Shown here one piece after another: positions 19,298 through 28,617 of a DNA stretch of 64,000 bases. The translations under genes were made by a program, and so were the position numbers. The DNA is from Thermodesulfobacteriota bacterium. Its GTDB lineage: Bacteria; Desulfobacterota_D; UBA1144; Nemesobacterales; UBA2774. The notes beneath the pieces are model-generated. The model ran no database searches and was not told the DNA's origin. It was given only the letters and a program-made list of their open reading frames with translations. How positions within the stretch are numbered: position 1 is the first letter of the stretch; every line of letters begins with the position of its first letter. Location: assembly GCA_963422265.1 (NCBI GenBank), contig OY729416.1, forward strand, positions 608,001 through 672,000, given 5' to 3'.

Positions 19298-19331
19298 TAT
19301 TCCTCTCCCGTGTTCTTTATTTCCTCAGAAC

Positions 19332-19350
19332 TGTCAAACAATGTATGACA
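19332..19350. promoter_or_regulatory. Putative autorepression operator of dinJ-yafQ
   Basis: TGTCAaacaatgtaTGACA inverted repeat just upstream of dinJ, next to a minus-strand TTGACG..TATAAC. Confidence 0.5.
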
Positions 19351-19402
19351 AAGTTATACTTTGTTTGAGTCTTCGTCAAGTTTATACAGAAAATCATTAT
19401 TT

Positions 19403-19468
19403 ATAGTAAAATGGGGGTTCTCTTTAGGGCGTTCTGGATGAGCTAAATCTCAGACGCCTTAAGCGCAA
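19403..19468. repeat. 66-bp diverged copy of recF-internal 20230-20295
   Basis: 61/66 identity by manual alignment. Confidence 0.9.
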
Positions 19469-19499
19469 CCGCTGTTGGCGGAATTGGCGCAGTGGAACA

Positions 19500-19919
19500 G
19501 ATGATTCGCGTAGGTGCGATTAGTGAAATTCGTATTTTCTACCGGTTAAAGGCTCTTCACCTCTCTTGTCAGATTCAAAAGCTGAAGACCCTGTAACAAC
19601 CGTTTGCTGATTTGGTATAATTATCTACTAAGAGCTTTAAGGTAAGCCCTATGTTTTTTACGCGCTGCGCCTCGTCTATCAGGATGAGCTTTGTATCACC
19701 GATAACCTGCTTGAGCGAGGTTGAACTTGCATCGGTTAGCATATCCCTTACACCCGGCTCATCACAGTTTAACAATTTAGACTAGTAGGGATACTCCCTT
19801 TGTATATCTTTTATTAGTGTAGTTTTACCCACCTGGCGGACACCGGTAACAATAATTGCTTTGCCCTTGAACAACCTGCTTTTTATTTTATCCTGTAAAA
19901 TTCTTTTAATTTGAATCAT
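19500..19919 (-). pseudogene. AAA_14/DUF4143-type ATPase remnant
   Basis: MIQIKRILQ..TGVRQVGKTT, in-frame TAG, LIDEAQRV, frameshift before TGSS and LTGRK; C-terminus missing. Confidence 0.85.
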
Positions 19920-20038
19920 TATTTATAAAGATTATAATCGAAAAATATTATAATATATTGTGATTATACTCACTTAAATACTGCAAACCGACGGAATACA
20001 TAGGTTCATTATCTGCGTAAATCTACTTTTCAGTAAGC

Positions 20039-21172
20039 TCAGGATAAACTCAATCTGTGAATTGTCTTTATAATATTCAAAACCTTTCCCCTGCCTCGGA
20101 GCTGGGGACAAACGTCAAGTATTTCTTTTAAGCTCGTCGTCGTGATAAAAACCTGACCTGCAAAGCCTTGTAAAAGGTCAAACAAAAACCCCTTTCTTTT
20201 ATCATCAAGCTCGCTCGTTATATCATCTAATAGTAAAACGGGGGTTCTCTTTAGGGTGTTCTGGATAAGCTCAATCTCAGATGCCTTAAGCGCAAAGGCG
20301 AGGTTTTTGGCTTCTCCCTGTGAAGCATAGATAGACGCGTCCATGCCGTCTATAGTAAAGCTGACTACGTCCCTGTGAGGACCAACTGACGTATGACCTA
20401 CCTGTCTATCCTTTTCAAAACTAGACCTAAGGTTGGCGTTCAGCCCCTCTTGCAAGTCGCTTTCTAAATCAAAAGAGCTTTTATAATACATTCCAATTTT
20501 CGTATCAATTCCCGAAGTCATTTTATATACGTTGTTTAGGCAAGGCTCTATTGCTCCAATAAACTTAATTCGCCGTGATATAAGGCGCGCGCCTATCTCC
20601 GCCAGCTTCTCATCCCAAATTTCTGTCTTCGTGGAGTTTAATCCCTTGGCTTTCTTATCAATGGAACCTGGAGACATAGATAATAAGGCATTTCTCTGAA
20701 TAAGACTTCTGTGATAAAGCCTCAAGTCTTTAAGGTGGACAGGCTCAAGAGCACATATAAGCGCGTCTAAATATTTTCTTCTGCTTTGAGGTCCCCCCTT
20801 TATAAGCTCTATATCCGAGGGAAGAAAGGAAACAATGCTATATCTGCCGATAGCCTTAGACGCCCGGTAAACTATCTTGCCATTGAGCTTTATGATTTTA
20901 CGCTCGCCACTTATAAGAATATGAACCTCGTCCAGACCGGAATCCGAATCGATCTCACCTTTTATACCACACTCTTCAGCCTCAAACTTAACAATCTCCT
21001 TCATTGTTACTTGTTTAAATGGCTTAAATGCAAGCAAAAAATGTATTGCCTCTAGCATATTGGTTTTGCCCTGAGCATTTTCGCCACATATCAAGTTTAT
21101 TTTATTATCAAAGGTGAAAGTCTCTGAAACATAAGACCTGAAATTCCTTAAGGTAAGCGATCTGACTATCAA
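20039..21172 (-). CDS. recF: DNA replication/repair protein RecF
   Basis: LRNFRSY, GENAQGKTN, GPHRD, ASQGE, LLLDD; start set to TTG 21172. Confidence 0.95.
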   Translation of the reverse strand: MIVRSLTLRNFRSYVSETFTFDNKINLICGENAQGKTNMLEAIHFLLAFKPFKQVTMKEIVKFEAEECGIKGEIDSDSGLDEVHILISGERKIIKLNGKIVYRASKAIGRYSIVSFLPSDIELIKGGPQSRRKYLDALICALEPVHLKDLRLYHRSLIQRNALLSMSPGSIDKKAKGLNSTKTEIWDEKLAEIGARLISRRIKFIGAIEPCLNNVYKMTSGIDTKIGMYYKSSFDLESDLQEGLNANLRSSFEKDRQVGHTSVGPHRDVVSFTIDGMDASIYASQGEAKNLAFALKASEIELIQNTLKRTPVLLLDDITSELDDKRKGFLFDLLQGFAGQVFITTTSLKEILDVCPQLRGRGKVLNIIKTIHRLSLS

Positions 21173-21302
21173 GGAAGCACACTGTAAGGTAAGTTTGTCC
21201 AACCGCGCTGCTCCAGTATGGACAGAAAAAATTATAATAGAGACGGGAGCTTTATTCAATCTTGACCCGTAAATAGGTGGGCGTTATTATTACGGAATTA
21301 AA

Positions 21303-23459
21303 ATGATTGCTCTTAAGACATACAATATAGCGGAAAAGGACGTTGGTAAAGGTTTTGCCCGATTAAATACGGGCGACATGAGAGAAATAGGCGTTGGGGC
21401 GTCTGATCTTGTTGAAATAGGCGGAAAAAGAAAAACCGTTGTAAAGGTGATGCCGCTTGACAAGGCGCAAACAAGAAAATCAATAATAGAAATTGATGGA
21501 ATCACAAGAGAGAACGCGCGCGTTGGTATAGACGAGCGCGTGCTTGTTAAGAGAATTGACGCTACTCAGTTTGCTAACAAAGTAGTCTTAACATCTGGAA
21601 GCAATGATCTTTTGTATAACGGCAACCAGAATAAATATCTACTTAACCGATTAGATGGTTTCCCGATTACCGTAGGTGACAAAATAAGGTTAAGGGTCTC
21701 TGGCTCAGAACACGAAGAGCTGCAGGTAATTGGTATAATGCCTTCGCACTCCGTGTTGATAAACGGCTCGACAAAGCTAGACATTAGGAAACGTCCCAAA
21801 TTGAAATTAGATAGCTCAAAGGCAAGCTACGAAGACATTGGAGGACTTAAGGAGCAGATATCTAAGGTAAAGGAGATAGTAGAATTGCCCCTTAACTGCC
21901 CACAGTTGTTTGAAAAGCTTGGCATAGAACCACCGAGAGGGTTGCTTTTGGTAGGACCCCCCGGCTGTGGCAAAACGCTATTGGCAAAATCAGTTGCCAA
22001 CGAGACTAACGCTAACTTTCAGATAATTAACGGCCCTGAAATAATGCACAAGTTTTACGGGGAGAGTGAGGCAAGGCTGAGGGATATTTTTGAAGTAGCT
22101 ACTAGAAACCAACCTTCTATCATCCTTCTTGACGAGCTTGACGCCATAGCCCCCAAAAGGGATAAAGTGTCTGGCGAAGTAGAGAAAAGGGTTGTAGCGC
22201 AGTTGCTTTCGTTAATGGATGGTCTCAAGCACAGAGGCAATGTAGTTGTTATCGGGGCTAGCAACCGTCCGTCAGCAATTGATCCCGCTTTAAGGAGGCC
22301 TGGCAGGTTCGATAGAGAGATAAGACTAGAAGTCCCTGATAGAAATGGGAGAGTAGAGATACTGCGAGTGCACACTCGGGCTATGTCTATAGGCAACGAG
22401 CTTGACCTTGAGCGAATTGCCGATCTCACGCACGGCTTTGTGGGAGCTGATCTTGAAAATTTATGTAGGGAAGCTGGAATGGAAGCCCTTAGAAGATCGC
22501 TTCCAGAATACGACAAAAATGGTGAGAGTATCATCAGTAATGGACCCCCTACAAAGTTCACAGTTAATATGAACGACTTTATAGAAGCCCTAAAGAAGGT
22601 AGAACCCTCGGCTATAAGAGAAATAATCGTAGAAATCCCTGAAGTTACTTGGGAAGATATAGGTGGACTTAAGGATATTAAAGAAAAACTCATAGAGTCA
22701 GCAGTGTGGCCCCTGATTCACAAAGACTTGTTTGAAATTACCAGAGCAAGAGCCCCAAAAGGGATTCTCTTATGCGGTCCTCCTGGAACTGGAAAAACCC
22801 TTCTGGCTAAAGCTTTAGCTAACCGAAGCGGCACTAATTTCATCTCCGTAAAAGGCGCCGAGCTTTTATCAAGATACGTGGGTGAATCTGAGCAAGCGGT
22901 TAGAGAAGTATTCAAAAAGGCAAAGCAGGTAGCGCCATGCACGATCTTCTTTGATGAAATAGACGCCCTCGCCCCTTGTAGAAGAGAAACCGACAGCGCA
23001 CGCGTGCCTGAAAGGGTTGTGAGCCAGTTGCTCACTGAGATAGATGGCGTTGAAGATTTAAGAGAGGTGCTCATTCTGGCAGCTACCAATAGGATCGACA
23101 TAGTGGACCCCGCACTCTTAAGATCGGGAAGATTCGACCTTATATTGAATATTCCCTACCCAAGTCAAGATGAACTACTTGAAATATTCAAAATTCATTC
23201 AAGAGGCAAGCCTCTCTCAAAAGATGTTGATCCCAAGCGGATGGCAAGTGAGGCAAGGGGATTATCGGGCGCTGACGTTGAGTTTGTATGCCAGAGGGCA
23301 TCAATTATAGCAATTAGGGAACATTTGAAGGATAGGAGACGCAAATTGAAGATCGCTCAAGCTCATTTTAATCAAGCCCTTAAAGAAGCCAAGGATAAGA
23401 TAATTGCGAACCCCGCCCCCGACTGTCTCCGTGAAAATAGGGTCGGGAATCAAAACTAG
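21303..23459 (+). CDS. Cdc48/VCP/p97-family double AAA+ ATPase
   Basis: N-domain (KDVGKGFARL, DGITRENARV), two AAA modules (GPPGCGKT, GPPGTGKT), DPALRRPGRFDR, VTWEDIGGL. Confidence 0.93.
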   Translation: MIALKTYNIAEKDVGKGFARLNTGDMREIGVGASDLVEIGGKRKTVVKVMPLDKAQTRKSIIEIDGITRENARVGIDERVLVKRIDATQFANKVVLTSGSNDLLYNGNQNKYLLNRLDGFPITVGDKIRLRVSGSEHEELQVIGIMPSHSVLINGSTKLDIRKRPKLKLDSSKASYEDIGGLKEQISKVKEIVELPLNCPQLFEKLGIEPPRGLLLVGPPGCGKTLLAKSVANETNANFQIINGPEIMHKFYGESEARLRDIFEVATRNQPSIILLDELDAIAPKRDKVSGEVEKRVVAQLLSLMDGLKHRGNVVVIGASNRPSAIDPALRRPGRFDREIRLEVPDRNGRVEILRVHTRAMSIGNELDLERIADLTHGFVGADLENLCREAGMEALRRSLPEYDKNGESIISNGPPTKFTVNMNDFIEALKKVEPSAIREIIVEIPEVTWEDIGGLKDIKEKLIESAVWPLIHKDLFEITRARAPKGILLCGPPGTGKTLLAKALANRSGTNFISVKGAELLSRYVGESEQAVREVFKKAKQVAPCTIFFDEIDALAPCRRETDSARVPERVVSQLLTEIDGVEDLREVLILAATNRIDIVDPALLRSGRFDLILNIPYPSQDELLEIFKIHSRGKPLSKDVDPKRMASEARGLSGADVEFVCQRASIIAIREHLKDRRRKLKIAQAHFNQALKEAKDKIIANPAPDCLRENRVGNQN

Positions 23460-23485
23460 ACCTGATCGGACCCCGGACTGGCACC

Positions 23486-24334
23486 GTGCCTAGCGTTCAA
23501 CTAATACCATATCTCTTCTCTTTTATATTAGGCTCCGTAGTAGGAAGCTTCCTAAACGTCTGCATCTACAGACTACCCAGAGAACAATCTATAGTTTCTC
23601 CCCCTTCTCACTGCAGTTCCTGCGGCGGAATTATCAGGTCTTACCATAACGTGCCGATACTTAGCTACGTTTTCTTAAGGGGTAAATGCGCAAACTGCAA
23701 CGCCAGCATATCGCTAACCTACCCATTTGTTGAAATACTCTCAGGACTCCTCCTGCTTGTTATAGTATGGAAATTTGGAATCAGTCTTAATACCATATTC
23801 TATGCAGTTTTCATCTTCAGTCTTATAGTAATCACTTTCATTGATATTGAGCATAAGATAATTCCGAATATAATAACGCTTCCCGGCGTCACTATAGGGT
23901 TAGCCTATAACCTTTTGATTACAATCTATCAAACTATGGGCATGCCCGAATCCTCCATAAATGCGTTCAGGTATGTTTTTAAGCCAGAATATTTGCTTTC
24001 TCTTGCAAATGAAATACCCATATTAGATTCCATGCTGGGAGTTATTCTTGGCGGAGGAGTGCTTTTATCCATCGCTTACGTATATAAGGCTATAAGAAAA
24101 AGGGACGGTATGGGAATGGGGGATGTCAAACTCCTCTCTATGATAGGGGCTTTCGTAGGTTGGAAAGGGGTAATGTTCACCGTATTCTTAAGCTCTATAC
24201 TAGGAGCGTTAGTGGGCATTTCGATTCTTATTCTTAGAAAGGGGGACCTAAGTTATGCCCTTCCCTTCGGCCCGTTTATGTCAGTAGCCGCAATAGCGTA
24301 TATATTCGCCAGTGAATTCAGTTTTAGATTCTAA
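23486..24334 (+). CDS. pilD: Prepilin peptidase (A24)
   Basis: GSFLNVCIYRLP, two CxxC motifs, GMGMGDVKL, LPFGPF. Confidence 0.95.
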   Translation: MPSVQLIPYLFSFILGSVVGSFLNVCIYRLPREQSIVSPPSHCSSCGGIIRSYHNVPILSYVFLRGKCANCNASISLTYPFVEILSGLLLLVIVWKFGISLNTIFYAVFIFSLIVITFIDIEHKIIPNIITLPGVTIGLAYNLLITIYQTMGMPESSINAFRYVFKPEYLLSLANEIPILDSMLGVILGGGVLLSIAYVYKAIRKRDGMGMGDVKLLSMIGAFVGWKGVMFTVFLSSILGALVGISILILRKGDLSYALPFGPFMSVAAIAYIFASEFSFRF

Positions 24335-24397
24335 GAGTAAGCAGTTTGTATTGGCCTACAGTATTATTTATCATAGGGCATTCGGTAGAATTCAAAA

Positions 24398-25624
24398 TTG
24401 AGGGAGCTGACGATGAGAGCATTGCCTCCAAAAATGCGCGACAGGCTTTACAAGAGCTACTTTATTCCTGACGAGACGAAAGAGCTAATTCCGAGATTTA
24501 GAGAGTTTGCGGAGGTTGAGCTTTTCCCAAGGGCATACGAGCTTGGGCAAAGAGAGGAGAAGAATGAAAACTTCCCGATAGATTTGTTCAAAATTATGGC
24601 CAAGGAAGGCTTCTTTAGGTTGCCACATAAGAAAAAGGACGGGGGTCTCGGTCTTAAGCACAGGGCATGCGCAGCAGCCTCTCTAGCCGAAGAGTTAGCC
24701 TACGTAAGCGCAAGCTTTTCAGGCTCGGTAAACGCTCATTTTCTGCTTGCCGGCATAAGCCTATCTTATGGCTCTGCATACGTTAAACAAAACTACCTGA
24801 AACCACTAATAGAATGTGACGCCATAGGCTCTTTCGCTATGACCGAGCCTCAATCAGGCTCTGACGTGAGAACCGATTCCCTGACAACTAAAGGGACTAA
24901 GAAAAGCAGTAAATACATAGTAAATGGGCACAAGCGCTACATAACCAATGCTGGCGTGGCGGACTTTGCCGTAACACTTCTAAGTATCGAGGGCAGATCC
25001 TGCGTGCTCGTTATAGACTTAAAATCGGACGGCGTTAGCGTTAGTGAGCCGGACAAAAAACTTGGTAACCGAGGTGAGCTTACCTATGACATATACTTAC
25101 ACAACGTCGAAGTCCCCGCTGAAAACCTAGTAGCAGAGGAGGGAGACGGACTCAAGGTATGTCTTGGCGCCCTTATGTATGGAAGAACCGGGATTGGGGC
25201 AAGCGGCGTAGGAATGGCGCAGTCTGCATTTGACGAGTGCGTAAGCTATATGAAAGAGAGAAAATCTTATGGACAAACCCTGAGCAGGTTTCAGCATTGG
25301 CAGTTTCTTATGGCGGAAAGGGCGATTGAAATTGAAAACGCTCGTAATCTATACGTAAAGAGCGGACTTAGAATAGATGACGGAGAAGAATTCCCTATAT
25401 TTGAGTCGTCGGGGGCCAAATTCTATGGCTCCAAAATATCAGCGGATATGGCGCGCGACGCCGTGCAGATATTTGGGGGATACGGACTCATGGTAGAGCT
25501 TGCCCATGATAAGTCAACCTACAAAGTAGAGGAGATTTATAGAGACTCTAAGGTTGGAGAAATTTACGAAGGCTCAAATGAGATTCATAAGATGGTAGTC
25601 GCAAGAGAGATATTCAAGAAATAA
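24398..25624 (+). CDS. Acyl-CoA dehydrogenase
   Basis: FAMTEPQSGSD, NGHKRYITN, QIFGGYG, EIYEGSNEI. Confidence 0.95.
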   Translation: MRELTMRALPPKMRDRLYKSYFIPDETKELIPRFREFAEVELFPRAYELGQREEKNENFPIDLFKIMAKEGFFRLPHKKKDGGLGLKHRACAAASLAEELAYVSASFSGSVNAHFLLAGISLSYGSAYVKQNYLKPLIECDAIGSFAMTEPQSGSDVRTDSLTTKGTKKSSKYIVNGHKRYITNAGVADFAVTLLSIEGRSCVLVIDLKSDGVSVSEPDKKLGNRGELTYDIYLHNVEVPAENLVAEEGDGLKVCLGALMYGRTGIGASGVGMAQSAFDECVSYMKERKSYGQTLSRFQHWQFLMAERAIEIENARNLYVKSGLRIDDGEEFPIFESSGAKFYGSKISADMARDAVQIFGGYGLMVELAHDKSTYKVEEIYRDSKVGEIYEGSNEIHKMVVAREIFKK

Positions 25625-25680
25625 ACCAAAGAGCGCCATAAAGCTTTAAGTCCTCGGCCTAGGTGTTTAATACCCACAAA

Positions 25681-27075
25681 ATGAAAAGACTAATCGCCAT
25701 TATTGGTGGCGGAATAACGGGGCTTAGCGCCGCCCATCGGCTCATTGAGCTAAGAAGTGATTTAGATATTGTTATCTTGGAAAAAAGCGGCAGATTAGGC
25801 GGCACTATTTCCACTATAAGAAAAAAGGGCTTCTTAATAGAAGAGGGTCCCGATTCCTTCATTACTACTAAGCCTTGGGCTCTTGATCTATCTATGAGGC
25901 TCGGATTGAAACCGGAGCTAATAGAGACTAATGAGAAAATGCGCCGCACGATGATTGTTAAAGGTAATGAACTGCTTTATTTGCCAGAAGGTTTTGCGCT
26001 ACTCGCACCTACGCTTATAATGCCGTTTTTGAAAACATCTGTCTTATCCTGGAAAGGAAAGTTAAGAATGATGCTTGACCTTTTCTTACCCAAGAAAGAG
26101 GTAAATGACGAGAGCTTAGCGTCGTTTGTTAGGCGGAGATTTGGGAATGAAGCCCTAATCCGTATAGCAGAGCCTATGGTAAGTGGTATTTATACGGCAG
26201 ACCCCGAAGAGTTAAGCCTACTATCAACCATGCCCCAGTTCTTAGAAATGGAAAGAAAATACGGCAGTATCATCAAAGGAATGCGCCGCGCCGCCGCGCA
26301 GGGGAAAGAAGCGCGTGACGGTGGTGCACGCTATAGCTTATTCGCTTCGTTTAGAAACGGTATGGAAACGCTCGTAGAAGCGATTACCAAAAACCTGCCT
26401 AAGGAATCGGTAAAGCTCAACCAAAAGGTTAAGAAAATAGAAAATGCCAACAGAGGCTGGAGGATTATCACGGAGGATAGAGAAATAAGATGCTCCGGCG
26501 TTATCGTAACGACGCCCTCGCACATATCTGGAGGTTTATTAGAAGGGATTGATCCACTACTATCCTCAGAACTACAGGGTATTGAATACGCTTCATCCGC
26601 CGTGGTCACATTAGCCTATAAAAAGGAAAGTATCCGTCATGGACTAGATGCCTTTGGATTCGTAGTGCCAGCCATTGAAAAAAGAGACCTTATCGCTTGT
26701 TCCTTTAGCAGTATAAAATTTAAAAACCGCGCACCTAAAGAATACTTGTTAGCTCGCTGCTTCGTAGGTGGATCACGCAACCCTGCCATTTGTCAACTTG
26801 ATGAGCCTATAATTATCGGGAAGGTAAAAAAAGAATTAGAACGCTTACTTAGCATTGAGTCTAAACCAGAGTTCGCATTCTTAAAAAGATATTTCAAAGC
26901 TATGCCCCAGTATCGCGTGGGACACAATAGGCTGGTTAATAGAATTAGATCACGCGCAAAAAACCATAGAGGATTGGAACTAGCGGGGAATGCTTATGAC
27001 GGAATTGGCTTGCCAGACTGCATAAGCTCGGGTGAAAAAGCAGCTAAAAGGATTATAGAGACTTTTACTTCTTAG
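25681..27075 (+). CDS. hemY: Protoporphyrinogen/coproporphyrinogen oxidase (HemY type)
   Basis: IIGGGITGL, EEGPDSF, AMPQYRVGH, GIGLPDCI. Confidence 0.93.
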   Translation: MKRLIAIIGGGITGLSAAHRLIELRSDLDIVILEKSGRLGGTISTIRKKGFLIEEGPDSFITTKPWALDLSMRLGLKPELIETNEKMRRTMIVKGNELLYLPEGFALLAPTLIMPFLKTSVLSWKGKLRMMLDLFLPKKEVNDESLASFVRRRFGNEALIRIAEPMVSGIYTADPEELSLLSTMPQFLEMERKYGSIIKGMRRAAAQGKEARDGGARYSLFASFRNGMETLVEAITKNLPKESVKLNQKVKKIENANRGWRIITEDREIRCSGVIVTTPSHISGGLLEGIDPLLSSELQGIEYASSAVVTLAYKKESIRHGLDAFGFVVPAIEKRDLIACSFSSIKFKNRAPKEYLLARCFVGGSRNPAICQLDEPIIIGKVKKELERLLSIESKPEFAFLKRYFKAMPQYRVGHNRLVNRIRSRAKNHRGLELAGNAYDGIGLPDCISSGEKAAKRIIETFTS

Positions 27076-27481
27076 CAACCTCAAGGATTTTCACCTTGTA
27101 TATTAGCGTTTTACCGGCGAGGGGGTGATTATAGCTCAGTTCTACGGTTTCTTCAGAGACGTCGGTCACGTGACAATTACCGTGAGGCGTTTTCATTACA
27201 ATACCGACCTCGAGGTTTATATCAGTATTTTCAAATACAGATATGTCCGCTTTTTGAATTAACTCGGGATTCAGTATGCCATAACCTTCCTCTGGAGCTA
27301 AGGTAAGTTCCTTTTCTTCCCCTTTCTCCATTCCAATAACCGCCCTCTCAAGACCTTTTACTAAATTGTTAGAGCCTATGATTATGGTAAGGGGTTCCTC
27401 TTCAAAAGTATGAAAGGTCGAGCCATCTTCAAGCTCACCCTGATAATTGAACGTAACGGTATCACCCAATTCTATGCCCAT
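27065..27481 (-). CDS. FKBP-type peptidyl-prolyl isomerase (SlyD-like)
   Basis: YQGELEDGSTF, PEEGYG, NHPLAGKTL. Confidence 0.92.
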   Translation of the reverse strand: MGIELGDTVTFNYQGELEDGSTFHTFEEEPLTIIIGSNNLVKGLERAVIGMEKGEEKELTLAPEEGYGILNPELIQKADISVFENTDINLEVGIVMKTPHGNCHVTDVSEETVELSYNHPLAGKTLIYKVKILEVAKK

Positions 27482-27637
27482 TAAAAACTCCTTTCATAAT
27501 AGTTGTTATAATCTATTGTAGTCAATATGATTACAGCTTACACAGTCGGCTAGAAAATTAAATAGTATCCTACTTGGTTGAATTCTCTGACAATTCGTTT
27601 ACCATAGATATTTCATGCTCACGTGAAAGACTAAATA

Positions 27638-27709
27638 GCCGACGTAGCTCAGCGGTAGAGCAGCTCACTCGTAATGAGCAGGTCAGGAGTTCAAATCTCC
27701 TCGTCGGCT
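27638..27709 (+). tRNA. tRNA-Thr(CGT)
   Basis: GCCGACG/CGTCGGC stem, CTCGTAA anticodon loop, GTTCAAATC. Confidence 0.95.
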
Positions 27710-27802
27710 CATATCCCTATTCACTAATCGAATTGGGGGCGTGCTTCACGGGGATATACTTAACAACAGGGGAGCATAAATTTTTTGGAGCGTAAATCTC
27801 TT

Positions 27803-28606
27803 ATGGCTAATGGACTAGAAAATAAGGGGGCGCTAATATTGGGCGCCTCAAGCGGTTTTGGAGAAGCCGCCGCTTTAGAGCTTGCAAAACAGGGAATGAA
27901 TATATTTGGGGTTCACTTAGATAGAAAGGGGGCGTTGCCCAAAGTAGAGGAGATAAAAAATAAAATCAAAGAAATTGGTAGAAAAGCTACCTTCTTTAAC
28001 GTTAATGCGGCTGACAGTGAAAAAAGGTCTGAAGTATTGGGGAAAATTGAGCAAATACTTAACGAGCACGGGAGACTAGGGGACATTAAGGTGTTGATTC
28101 ATTCTCTAGCGTTTGGAACGCTTAAGCCCTATGTATCAGATGATAGGAAAACAAGGGTTTCTAATAAAAATATGGATATGACCCTTGACGTTATGGCGCA
28201 TACTCTTGTTTACTGGACTCAGGAGATGGTAAGTAGAGGGCTAATGGGTGAAGGCGGCAGGGTTTTCGCCATGACTAGCGCAGGGGGACATAGAGTATGG
28301 CCTACTTATGGGCCAGTCTCAGCCTCAAAAGCTGCACTTGAATCTCACGTGCGTCAGTTAGCGGTGGAACTTGCCCCCTATAAAATCACGGCAAACGCGA
28401 TTCAGGCGGGGGTTACACTAACTCCAGCTCTTGACAAAATACCCGGCAAAGATGAAATCATAAGACACGCAACCGAAGTCAATCCATCCAATAGGCTCAC
28501 CACAACGGAGGACGTCGCGCAGGCAATCGCCACGCTTAGCCTACCCGGCACGCATTTTTTAACCGGAAACGTAATAAAAGTTGACGGTGGTGAAGACCTA
28601 ATCTGA
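27803..28606 (+). CDS. SDR oxidoreductase, enoyl-ACP reductase (FabL)-like
   Basis: GASSGFG, YGPVSASKAALE, TGNVIKVDGG. Confidence 0.85.
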   Translation: MANGLENKGALILGASSGFGEAAALELAKQGMNIFGVHLDRKGALPKVEEIKNKIKEIGRKATFFNVNAADSEKRSEVLGKIEQILNEHGRLGDIKVLIHSLAFGTLKPYVSDDRKTRVSNKNMDMTLDVMAHTLVYWTQEMVSRGLMGEGGRVFAMTSAGGHRVWPTYGPVSASKAALESHVRQLAVELAPYKITANAIQAGVTLTPALDKIPGKDEIIRHATEVNPSNRLTTTEDVAQAIATLSLPGTHFLTGNVIKVDGGEDLI

Positions 28607-28617
28607 CCAGGATACTT

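Noticed and set aside
19403-20295. Diversity-generating retroelement TR/VR pair
   Set aside because: Mismatches are not adenine-specific and no reverse transcriptase is present
27574-27795. 73-aa ORF
   Set aside because: Overlaps tRNA-Thr(CGT)
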